Source: Planctomycetota bacterium (GTDB taxonomy: Bacteria; Planctomycetota; UBA8108; UBA1146). From it: a stretch of 64,000 bases of DNA. Below the pieces are notes generated by a model. The model had not been told where the DNA came from. It worked only from the letters and a program-made list of their open reading frames with translations, and ran no database searches. Positions 18,280 to 26,319 of the stretch are shown piece after piece. Positions within the stretch are counted from its first letter, which is position 1. Each line of letters opens with the position of its first letter. The stretch covers positions 73,438-137,437 of the forward strand of contig JADHSM010000007.1 of NCBI GenBank assembly GCA_016776905.1, read 5' to 3'. The position numbers and the translations under genes were made by a program.

Positions 18280-19614
18280 TCAGGGGCAACCTGCATAGCT
18301 GTCGCAGGAGATATCGTCATCGGTGGGATCTATCCCGCATTCTTCGAAAGGTGCTTCAGGCGCTGCACCTCCAGAGAACAGGTAACTCAACATCAAGACC
18401 GGATCATTCAGTTGAATCACTCCGCTGTCGTCGATATCGATGATTTTCAGGCAACTCGGTTCAGGACCATTGCTGAAGAGGTACTGAAGCATGTTGATGG
18501 GGTCTGCCAGGTTTACGCCGCCGTTCCCGTCGAAGTCTCCACGCTTGAAAGGTGTTCCTAAGGGAGCTTCAGTGATTTCAATAGAATCTCCGCTGGAAGA
18601 AACGATGGCCGCGGTGCTACCGAGAGAAATCACGATGGGTGTCGCTGGGGATCCGGCAGCAGGAATCAACTCTTCTGAAAAGTTGATATTGGTGATTCCG
18701 GGTGTTGCTGAGGCCAGAGCGTTGTAGGTCACTGTCATCAATTGTTCTTCGGTCCCTGCTGGCAATGTGGTCAAGGCGTCGCTGATGGAAGCAAGGCAAG
18801 CCACTACGAGGCCGTCAGCACCGACAGGGTCCGTGTCCACCAGGAGATATTCCGGTCCCGCTCCCCCATTGAGGGCTGTCAAACTGGAGCCGGCGGTGAC
18901 ATCCGAGATAGCGAGCTGCGAACCGTCATGAGTCATTCCCAGAGAAAATCCATAGTAAGGAAGAGGGGCATTGAGGAAGACGTCTGCATCTGCGCTTGAA
19001 GCTTGTTCAACCGAAGCGGTGGTGAACGCGGTCGAAAGGGTGAAAGGTGGGACTCCACCTATTTCGATCAATCCTTCAACCTGAGTCGGAACAAAGGGTG
19101 CTGATCCTCCGGGTGGAACCACGAGAGTCTCCGTCGCCGACGAGGCGCATGTGAAGAAGAAGTTGCAGTATTGAATCGGAACCACCGTGTCATCTGCGCC
19201 GAGTAAAAGGACTTCGATCACAGCCATTTCGTAATCGACTCCTGGTGGAAGTGTATTGACGCCGACGAAATCGACGACGACTCCCTGAATCACGCCTTCT
19301 CCTGCACAGACATTGATTTCTTGGAAGGCAGCCGGTGCTCCTCCATTTGCAACTTCTACGACGGCGCCATTGCTGGCGTTCGTAATTTCAAAATCAGGAC
19401 TGTCTTGGCAAATCGCAAAGGACCAACCCGCTAGATTTCCTCCTGGATTATTCAGAAGGCATCTGACGTCGACAGATCCACCACTCGGAGCTGTTCCCGA
19501 TGTATCGAATGAAAAGACGTAATCTTGTGCCACGGTGACTGAGCAAGGGACGAATGTGCAGATCGCACAAAGTATGAGCGTCAGACAGCCGAGTATGCGG
19601 GGAGAAGAAAGCAT
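18280..19614 (-). CDS. Secreted protein with two cohesin-like/Ig-like domains and a C-terminal planctomycete-type dockerin
   Basis: Signal peptide (..VTVAQD). Two similar beta-rich modules (GWSFAI..NGGAPAAF / GFSLGM..NGGAGPEY). Duplicated Ca-binding loops RGDFDGNGGVNLAD..YLF and DIDDSGVIQLND..YLF, then a CGIDPT..C tail. Confidence 0.8.
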   Translation of the reverse strand: MLSSPRILGCLTLILCAICTFVPCSVTVAQDYVFSFDTSGTAPSGGSVDVRCLLNNPGGNLAGWSFAICQDSPDFEITNASNGAVVEVANGGAPAAFQEINVCAGEGVIQGVVVDFVGVNTLPPGVDYEMAVIEVLLLGADDTVVPIQYCNFFFTCASSATETLVVPPGGSAPFVPTQVEGLIEIGGVPPFTLSTAFTTASVEQASSADADVFLNAPLPYYGFSLGMTHDGSQLAISDVTAGSSLTALNGGAGPEYLLVDTDPVGADGLVVACLASISDALTTLPAGTEEQLMTVTYNALASATPGITNINFSEELIPAAGSPATPIVISLGSTAAIVSSSGDSIEITEAPLGTPFKRGDFDGNGGVNLADPINMLQYLFSNGPEPSCLKIIDIDDSGVIQLNDPVLMLSYLFSGGAAPEAPFEECGIDPTDDDISCDSYAGCP

Positions 19615-19861
19615 GTGATCTCCTGATGAACTTCTGAGCGAGATAGAGGGAAGCGCAGCCTGAAATGCTTTTTCGGCCGGTAAAGATTTACCGACATCGG
19701 AGCAATATTGTGCTGGGACCTTCTTCTCTCGGATCTTCCATTAAAATGAGAGGTGCACAGAGAGAGCCTCTGGGGGCTCTATTACCTCAACTCGTCTATT
19801 GTATCACCATCTGGTGGCTTCAGGGAGCCCCCAATGCCGATCTGAGCCACTTTTCAGTCGT

Positions 19862-19908
19862 TGTCCACAAACGAGACACCGTTCGACGATCGGTTCCATT
19901 TCGGGACA
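19862..19908 (+). promoter_or_regulatory. Two 17-bp imperfect palindromes, candidate enhancer (UAS) sites for a sigma54 activator
   Basis: TGTCCA-CAAAC-GAGACA (19862-19878) and GGTTCC-ATTTC-GGGACA (19892-19908), 30 bp apart, upstream of the -24/-12 element. Confidence 0.5.
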
Positions 19909-19947
19909 ATCTCGGCGGCCAAAACAAATCTCAGCCCCCCTATCACC

Positions 19948-19963
19948 GGGCATGGCAGTTGCC
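19948..19963 (+). promoter_or_regulatory. Sigma54 (-24/-12) promoter of the coiled-coil/mamK-like operon
   Basis: GGGCATG-GCAG-TTGCC, with GG (19949-50)-N10-GC (19961-62), about 55 bp before the ATG at 20016. Confidence 0.6.
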
Positions 19964-20015
19964 ACTCTTCCTTCCGAGATCTACTCCGGATCTCTACCCC
20001 ATCAGGAAGGCAGCC

Positions 20016-20699
20016 ATGAGCGCTGAGAGCAATACTTCTGAAAATGACGGCAAAAGAGGCCAAATCCACAATGTGGACGAACTCCGTAATAAAGGAATTC
20101 GAAAGGTCAGAGTTGTTGGTGAGTCTCAACTGCAGGAAATGGCGCGGGAAGCCGCTGCCAGAGCGATTTTGGAATTGGCGCAAGAGTTAAAGGTGAGTGA
20201 AGAGGATCGACGCTCACTTGTTGGCCGTGCCCAAAAACAGATCCTCGACGGTGATCCAGGCCCCTTGCCTCAGATCATTCCCAATCCGGTATCTCAGCCG
20301 GACGCCCAAGTTGCACATCTTCCAAATGAAGAACAGATCGAGGAATCTCCGGCGACATTAGGTCTGCAGGAGCAGGAGATGCTGATTCAGTTATCGAAAC
20401 TGATCTCCAAAGACTGGAGATCTGAATTGGCCACAGTGAGAGATTCTCACAAAACCCAAGTAGATAGGCTCGAAATGAGAATAGAAGAACTCACCCGTGC
20501 TTTGCGGGTCACGGACCAAGTTTTGACAAAGGGTGGAGAGAGTGTGGTGAACCCCACTTCAAAATTGAAACCCTTTGACAATAAAAAGGAAGAGCTGCTG
20601 GATCAGCTTTTTCAGGCGAACGTTGCCTTGAGAGAGATTTCCGCAAGTCATGGTGCTGGAAGTCTGTCCGCTGACAGCGAAGAAGGAAGGATGTCATGA
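20016..20699 (+). CDS. Hypothetical cytoplasmic helical/coiled-coil protein, coupled to the MamK-like actin
   Basis: ATG at 20016 after AGGAAGG. Charged helical N- and C-parts are separated by a P/Q/E-rich linker. The stop overlaps the actin ATG (ATGA). Confidence 0.8.
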   Translation: MSAESNTSENDGKRGQIHNVDELRNKGIRKVRVVGESQLQEMAREAAARAILELAQELKVSEEDRRSLVGRAQKQILDGDPGPLPQIIPNPVSQPDAQVAHLPNEEQIEESPATLGLQEQEMLIQLSKLISKDWRSELATVRDSHKTQVDRLEMRIEELTRALRVTDQVLTKGGESVVNPTSKLKPFDNKKEELLDQLFQANVALREISASHGAGSLSADSEEGRMS

Positions 20700-21787
20700 A
20701 AGATAATAAGTTAAATCAACTCTCCAATGAGAGCGACGTGATCAGTCCCAAGCTGGATGGTAAATCTACGGCAGTAAAAGTCGGTATCGATCTTGGAACA
20801 AGTCGCAGTGCGATCACCACGTCAAAAGGTGAGCGTATGGTGATGGCCAGTGTCGTAGGTTGGCCCAAAGATGCGATTTCTGCGAAAGTCTTTGGTCACC
20901 GAGTCTTGGTCGGAGATGCCGTTCTTGAAAATCGTATGGGGTTGAAAACATGTTTCCCCCTCGCGGATGGAAATTTGGCTTTCACGCAAAATGCGGGAGA
21001 CCAAAAAGAGACTCTGCGGAAGGCCGGTCTGCACCTTTTCACAGCGCTGAGACAAGCTGCGAAGGCTGCTGAAGGGCAATCAGTTCATGCTGTCATTGGT
21101 GCTCCAGCAGAAGCGACTCGCGAAAATAAGCAGGCCATTATTGATCTGGCAAGAGAAGCTGGAATAGACGGTGTGATGGTCGTCTCTGAGCCCTTCGCTG
21201 TGGCTTACGCCCTAGACGCACTTGAAGATGCCATGGTCGTTGATATTGGTGCAGGAACGATAGATCTCTGCAGAATGGCGGGAAGCCTTCCTAACGAAGA
21301 GGATCAGGTCACGATTTTCCATGCCGGTAATCACGTTGACGCCAGGATATGTGAGTTGCTACGAGAGCAACGTGCTGACATTCAGTTCAGCCCGAACATG
21401 ATCAAGAAAGCCAAAGAGCGTTTCAGTAGTGTCGTCGATACGAACAAGCGAGCCCTCGTGACATTCCCCGTGAATGGCAGGCCTACCGAGGTGGACATTA
21501 CCGAGCAGATACAAACAGCGGTTGGAGAATTGGTCCCCCATATTGTGGACGGCATACAAAAGTTGGTGTCCACATTTGACCCGGAGTTCCAGCATCGGAT
21601 TCGGAGTCGCGTCATCGTCAGTGGTGGCGGGTCTCAGGTGTACGGATTACAGGAAGCTCTGGAAAAAGGGCTCGAAGATTTGGGAGGCGGACGGGTTATG
21701 ATCGTTGACGATCCCGTTTTTGCTGGATCCCAAGGAGCTCTCAAACTGGCTTTGGAAATGCCAGAAGAGTACTGGGAGCAACTGTAG
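20696..21787 (+). CDS. mamK: MamK-like actin ATPase
   Basis: GIDLGTSRSA, SVVGWPKD, VSEPFAVAY, VDIGAGTIDLC...PNEEDQVT..AGNHVD and C-terminal LALEMPEEYWEQL match MamK rather than MreB as I recall those families. The symbol denotes family only, not magnetosome function. Confidence 0.85.
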   Translation: MKDNKLNQLSNESDVISPKLDGKSTAVKVGIDLGTSRSAITTSKGERMVMASVVGWPKDAISAKVFGHRVLVGDAVLENRMGLKTCFPLADGNLAFTQNAGDQKETLRKAGLHLFTALRQAAKAAEGQSVHAVIGAPAEATRENKQAIIDLAREAGIDGVMVVSEPFAVAYALDALEDAMVVDIGAGTIDLCRMAGSLPNEEDQVTIFHAGNHVDARICELLREQRADIQFSPNMIKKAKERFSSVVDTNKRALVTFPVNGRPTEVDITEQIQTAVGELVPHIVDGIQKLVSTFDPEFQHRIRSRVIVSGGGSQVYGLQEALEKGLEDLGGGRVMIVDDPVFAGSQGALKLALEMPEEYWEQL

Positions 21788-21890
21788 AAAATACAGTTCC
21801 GCTCTTTTTAATAGATCCCTCACTCAGCGCCGGGAAGTTCATGCAGGTGAATTTTCCGGCGTCTATTTTTTGGAGTGTGTGGGGTAAGGT

Positions 21891-23030
21891 TTATAGTACG
21901 GGAGGTTGTCCCTGCGTGCGGGTTCGGAGTTCTCGTACGATTTGAACGATGGTGTTTCCAGCAGTGGATGCCATGTCCGGTGTCGATTCTGGACCTAGAG
22001 ATAAACGAATCGACCCACTGATCATTCGTCCAGGCACGCTCATCGCCTTGAGGACATGACTGGGCTCCCGAGCTCCAGAGGAACAAGCGGAGCCGCTAGA
22101 TGCGGAGATGCCGGCCATATCTAATCTGACCAATAGAGTTTCTGCATGAACGCCTTCGAAGGAAACATTGATACATCCCGGCCAATCGATCGAATCGTGT
22201 TGGACGTACCGAGTCCCCTCAAGCGGTTTGAGATGTTCAAGGAAATTCGCTCGACACGTCTGCAGAAGGTCTAGATTCCAGGGATTCTCCTTCTGGAAAT
22301 TTTCTGCCAAAACTCCGATGCCATGAATCGCCAAAAGATTTTCTGTTCCAGGTCTTATTTTTTTCTCTTGGGGTCCTCCATGGATGGTGGGTTCTACCAG
22401 TGAACCTTTCCTGATCCAAAGAACTCCTACACCCGTAGGTCCTCCGGCTTTATGAGCGGTGATGGAGGCAGAATCCAGAGGCGAATCCCCCAAGTGATAG
22501 GCTTTTCGGAAAAATCCTTGAGCCCCATCCGAATGGAAGTGCCCGCCACCAGTATGGACGAATTCTGCCAATGATTCTAAATCTTGGCAAATGCCTGTTT
22601 CGTTATTGATCCATTGGATCGAGACGATGCCGTTATCTGGAACCTCCTCAGGGATGACTCGCCCGTTTGTGTCGACGGGAATGATGCTCCCGGATCGACC
22701 TGCGGCATGGAGTCTTCTCAGCACCTCAAGAATCGAGGGATGCTCTGTGGAGCTCGCCGAAACCGCAGACGAAGAATTGACGAGTCCTCCCAGTGCCAGA
22801 TTGTTACTCTCAGTACCTCCGCTGGTAAAAATGATCTCTGAAGAATCAACGCCCAAACAATCAGCGACCTTATCTCTGGACTCTTCAATAATTTTACGAG
22901 AACGCCGTCCGTCCCCATGGAGGCTTGAGGGGTTTCCCGTATGGCGAGTACTGAGTAAATCGGACATGGCAGAAGCCACCGAAGGTAGCAAGGGCGATGT
23001 CGCATTGTGGTCCAGATAGACTCGATTCAC
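21891..23030 (-). CDS. iscS: Cysteine desulfurase (IscS/NifS group I)
   Basis: YLDHNATSP, FTSGGTESNN, NNETG, HKAGGP (PLP lysine), RPGTEN, SSGSACSS. Confidence 0.9.
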   Translation of the reverse strand: MNRVYLDHNATSPLLPSVASAMSDLLSTRHTGNPSSLHGDGRRSRKIIEESRDKVADCLGVDSSEIIFTSGGTESNNLALGGLVNSSSAVSASSTEHPSILEVLRRLHAAGRSGSIIPVDTNGRVIPEEVPDNGIVSIQWINNETGICQDLESLAEFVHTGGGHFHSDGAQGFFRKAYHLGDSPLDSASITAHKAGGPTGVGVLWIRKGSLVEPTIHGGPQEKKIRPGTENLLAIHGIGVLAENFQKENPWNLDLLQTCRANFLEHLKPLEGTRYVQHDSIDWPGCINVSFEGVHAETLLVRLDMAGISASSGSACSSGAREPSHVLKAMSVPGRMISGSIRLSLGPESTPDMASTAGNTIVQIVRELRTRTQGQPPVL

Positions 23031-23512
23031 GACGCCGGGCCTCCCAGATCCAAACCCCTTGTCGACAGCATGTCGATATTCCAGGTTTGATCTTCACCAA
23101 GGGTGATTTTTAGGGAGTATTCGATGAACTGTGAGGGGTCTTCCCATATCAGGGTCATCCAACGGGAGGAGTCCTCACCTCGAACGGGCTCAGACTGGGG
23201 ATCGATGCTGGAATTGACGATCAAGTCTCGGAGACCGATATCTCCGAGTTCTGGGACGTCTACAAAGCGGATTAATGCTTTGAACTGGAGGGGGCTGATT
23301 TGTTGCTGAGTGTTCTCCGTCATGCACTGGTAAGCCTTGTCGAACTCAGAAGCATCGATGGCATAGCGAAAGTAACGTACGGTTTCTAGGGGATCGCTTT
23401 TACTAAAATGGTCGTCCACGTTTGGAATGCTTTGGCAACCCGACGAGGTCAGGAGTGAGGTGACCGATAACCCCACGAGTAGAAGTAACGGTAATCGTGG
23501 CTGAGAGGTCAT
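23027..23512 (-). CDS. Hypothetical lipoprotein
   Basis: Hydrophobic N-terminus ending in lipobox-like SSGC. In an operon with iscS. Confidence 0.7.
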   Translation of the reverse strand: MTSQPRLPLLLLVGLSVTSLLTSSGCQSIPNVDDHFSKSDPLETVRYFRYAIDASEFDKAYQCMTENTQQQISPLQFKALIRFVDVPELGDIGLRDLIVNSSIDPQSEPVRGEDSSRWMTLIWEDPSQFIEYSLKITLGEDQTWNIDMLSTRGLDLGGPAS

Positions 23513-23514
23513 GA

Positions 23515-24006
23515 TTATTCCTTCTCCTCGTCAATATCAAGTTCTGGAAACTTCGGCAAATCTGTCAGGTTTTCTTCCGGGATGAAATCTTCTATTTTCA
23601 CGTCGACCACTTCGTCCAGCACCTCTTGAGATGCAAAGAGTGGAAATTGGTGAAGTGCTGATAGTACAAAAGCATCGCTGGGTCTGCAGTCCAAATGAAC
23701 TTCATTGCGAAGACCGTCACTCCCCACACGTTCAAGTATCAAAATCGCACAAAAAGCACCCTCGACGATTTGGTTGACGATGGCTTTTTTTATCGAGATT
23801 CCAAATCCCATGAGAAGAGATCCCACCAGATCGTGAGTCATTGGCCTGGGTAATGGTTCATTTAGAACAGCTCTATTCAGCGCTTCACCTTCAGGAGATC
23901 CAATGAAAATGGTGAATGATTTACTCGGTGATTCTAGGAAAACAGCGGTGCATGAAGTTCCCTCCATACAGGACTTTATTGTAATGGGAATGAAAGGCTG
24001 ATTCAT
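23515..24006 (-). CDS. Bifunctional nuclease family protein (DUF151)
   Basis: IFIGSPEG, PRPMTHDL and DCRPSDA motifs. Confidence 0.88.
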   Translation of the reverse strand: MNQPFIPITIKSCMEGTSCTAVFLESPSKSFTIFIGSPEGEALNRAVLNEPLPRPMTHDLVGSLLMGFGISIKKAIVNQIVEGAFCAILILERVGSDGLRNEVHLDCRPSDAFVLSALHQFPLFASQEVLDEVVDVKIEDFIPEENLTDLPKFPELDIDEEKE

Positions 24007-24007
24007 A

Positions 24008-24775
24008 TTATCCAGAGGTCCCTTCGTTCACGATTCCAACGCTGGCACCATGATCTTCAAGGCAATCGCGCAGCGGTTGGAGGAGATGAAGTGAATGCGC
24101 TGAACAGGCTAGAATCTCTCCTTTGCCACCATTCATGATATGGCATCCCGCCCCCCCCGACTCCTGAATGATCAGCATGCCTGCGGCAACGTCCCAATCA
24201 TGGGTTCTGTACCACGCTGCTGCGTCGAGTCGTCCCGTTGCCACCCATGCCATCTCCAGCGCGATGGATCCTAGAGTTCGTTGTTTGATATTACTGGGAA
24301 GAAAATTGCGCCACCGAGGACGTTTCTTTCTCCACCTCGGTGTGAGGTGAATCATGGGGATATCGGCGCGAGTCGGAGAAACGGGATGCAAGCCCCCGCT
24401 GACTGTTCCTTTTCCAGCGACCGCTTCGATCCACTCTCCTCGTACTGGATCAGAGATCCAACCCAACTGTGTCTTGCCCTGATGTCTATAGGCGATAGAG
24501 ACAGCAAAAATCGGAATACCTCTCGAGTGATTGGTGGATCCGTCCAGTGGATCAATGATCCAACCGGTCGTATCGGTGTCGTCTACAACGCCCAGTTCTT
24601 CGCCACTGATGGGGTCGTCAGGGAATTTTTCACGAGTAAGATCTCGGAATAATTGTTCCGATTCCTCGTCAGCATCGCGCCCCTCTAAGAAACGCTCTTT
24701 CACAAGTCTGCTCAATTGAGCGAGGACTTGTCGTCCGTGGCTTCTGCGTTCAGCGAGAGGGCTTAACCTGTACAT
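24008..24775 (-). CDS. Inositol monophosphatase family protein
   Basis: GEE, WIIDPLDGSTN, WDVAAG. Confidence 0.9.
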   Translation of the reverse strand: MYRLSPLAERRSHGRQVLAQLSRLVKERFLEGRDADEESEQLFRDLTREKFPDDPISGEELGVVDDTDTTGWIIDPLDGSTNHSRGIPIFAVSIAYRHQGKTQLGWISDPVRGEWIEAVAGKGTVSGGLHPVSPTRADIPMIHLTPRWRKKRPRWRNFLPSNIKQRTLGSIALEMAWVATGRLDAAAWYRTHDWDVAAGMLIIQESGGAGCHIMNGGKGEILACSAHSLHLLQPLRDCLEDHGASVGIVNEGTSG

Positions 24776-25965
24776 TCATTGTCCTGTCGGCATGACTTCG
24801 AAAGTGCTTCCAAGCCAGGTAGGGTTCGTCCCTCAAGGAACTCTAGGGAAGCGCCCCCTCCTGTTGATACATGATGAAATCTATCAGAAATCTGAAGTTG
24901 ACGGACTGCGGCTGCACTATCTCCACCCCCGACGACAACTCGACCAGCGTGGTGAGCGAGGAAGCGGGCGATTTCTCGAGTTCCGTTGGAGTATTCAGTC
25001 GTCTCGAAGACTCCTGCAGGGCCATTCCAAAAAATTGTTTGAGCCGATTGAAGTCGTGATTTGATGTGATCCAGGCTCTTCTCACCGATGTCGAAAAATG
25101 AAAGGTGCTCAGGAACCGGATCTCCGGCTTGAATAGAAACAACTTCTGAGGGGTGTTCCAAATCGTCTCCAGCGACAAAATCGACAGGAAGCACAGGTTC
25201 GGGTCCTCCGCTGAGGAGCTCCTTCACCGCACTCAATGAATCAGGTTCAGTTCTGGAAGCCCCTACGTCTATTCCTTCTCCAGCGAGAAGAGTGTTTGCG
25301 AGTCCACCTGTACAAACGACTCCGTCAAGTTGAGGACCCAACTGAGCGAGAACACCCATTTTGTCTTTTACTTTTGCTCCTCCGGCAATTACCCAAAAAG
25401 GCCTTTTCGGAGAATCCCTAATTTCTGTCAGGATCTCCAACTCTTTTTGAATCAAGAATCCGGAGAATGCCGGGAGAATTGAAGCGGCCGCAGAAACTGA
25501 GGCGTGAGACCTGTGGCAACACCCAAATGCATCATTCACATAGTACTTACAGTGACGGACGAGCCCCTGAGCAAAGTCAAGATCATTGGCTTTCTCACGG
25601 GGGTCGAATCGAAGGTTCTCTAAAAGAAGCACGGATCCATCTGAAGCAGCATCTAGGGCGTTCTTGACAGCCTCGCCTGGAGGGAATTCTTCGACGTGCT
25701 CGATCGGGATATCAAAATCTGAATGGAGGACACGTGCTATGGGAGCAGTGCTCCAACGTGAATCATGCCCTTTTGGGCGTCCTAAATGCGTCGCCATGAG
25801 AATGACAACGTCTTGATCCAGTAACCTTCGGAGCGTAGGGAGGATGGCTTCAATACGATTGGCGTCCGTTATCTTTCCGTTTGCCAGAGGGACATTGAGA
25901 TCTGCACGTAAAAAGACTCGGTCTCCTGGACTGAGCTGAGTGATCAGATCTTCAATATGACGCAT
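24763..25965 (-). CDS. pgk: Phosphoglycerate kinase
   Basis: RADLNVP, HLGRP, LLENLRF, YVNDAFG..HR, GGAKVKDK, WNGPAGVFE, GGGDS, HVSTGGGASLE. Confidence 0.97.
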   Translation of the reverse strand: MRHIEDLITQLSPGDRVFLRADLNVPLANGKITDANRIEAILPTLRRLLDQDVVILMATHLGRPKGHDSRWSTAPIARVLHSDFDIPIEHVEEFPPGEAVKNALDAASDGSVLLLENLRFDPREKANDLDFAQGLVRHCKYYVNDAFGCCHRSHASVSAAASILPAFSGFLIQKELEILTEIRDSPKRPFWVIAGGAKVKDKMGVLAQLGPQLDGVVCTGGLANTLLAGEGIDVGASRTEPDSLSAVKELLSGGPEPVLPVDFVAGDDLEHPSEVVSIQAGDPVPEHLSFFDIGEKSLDHIKSRLQSAQTIFWNGPAGVFETTEYSNGTREIARFLAHHAGRVVVGGGDSAAAVRQLQISDRFHHVSTGGGASLEFLEGRTLPGLEALSKSCRQDNECTG

Positions 25966-26100
25966 GCTGGAGTCCTGTCCCTTTTTGAGGTCTGTGGCAA
26001 TTAAAGATAACAGGAGCACCCCAATTAAGGAATATCTGCACACGAGCAGGACTCAAAGATAATGGCAGCGAAAATGACCCAAAATCTAAAAAAGGTGTGG

Positions 26101-26319
26101 TCACTGTATTTCAGGAGGCGTTTGAGAGCTCTTCTTGACCAGATCGGCAATTCTTCGGCGAATGAAATAGCGCGTGAAGAGGAAGAATGGAAAGAGCAAT
26201 AGATCGAGAAGACTCATGAACAGTGATTTTATGATCTGCACGCGAACGTATCCACGTGATCGTGAAGAGGCTTCAGGTAGTGGAGAAATCGACAGTCGAT
26301 TTGATTTTTGATCGATCAC
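26101..26319 (-). CDS. Small hypothetical membrane protein
   Basis: Start overlaps the upstream stop (GTGA). One hydrophobic segment followed by a basic patch. Confidence 0.5.
   Translation of the reverse strand: MIDQKSNRLSISPLPEASSRSRGYVRVQIIKSLFMSLLDLLLFPFFLFTRYFIRRRIADLVKKSSQTPPEIQ

Noticed and set aside
3595-19870. Scattered DnaA-box-like 9-mers (about 3600 CTGTTCACA, 17633 ATATCCACA, 19861 TTGTCCACA) plus the AT-rich repeat at 17697, as a possible oriC
   Set aside because: The boxes are isolated and mismatched with no cluster, and there is no dnaA or dnaN nearby. The AT tract is better explained as a terminator tail.
19665-20015. 117-aa N-terminal extension of the ORF upstream of the mamK-like gene
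   Set aside because: The sequence is not protein-like and overlaps the predicted promoter and enhancer boxes. A good RBS precedes ATG 20016.
20696-21787. Magnetosome gene cluster / magnetotaxis call
   Set aside because: Only the actin is present. The TPR protein at 29385 is a long lipoprotein, not MamA, and no CDF, HtrA, magnetochrome or LemA genes are in the window.
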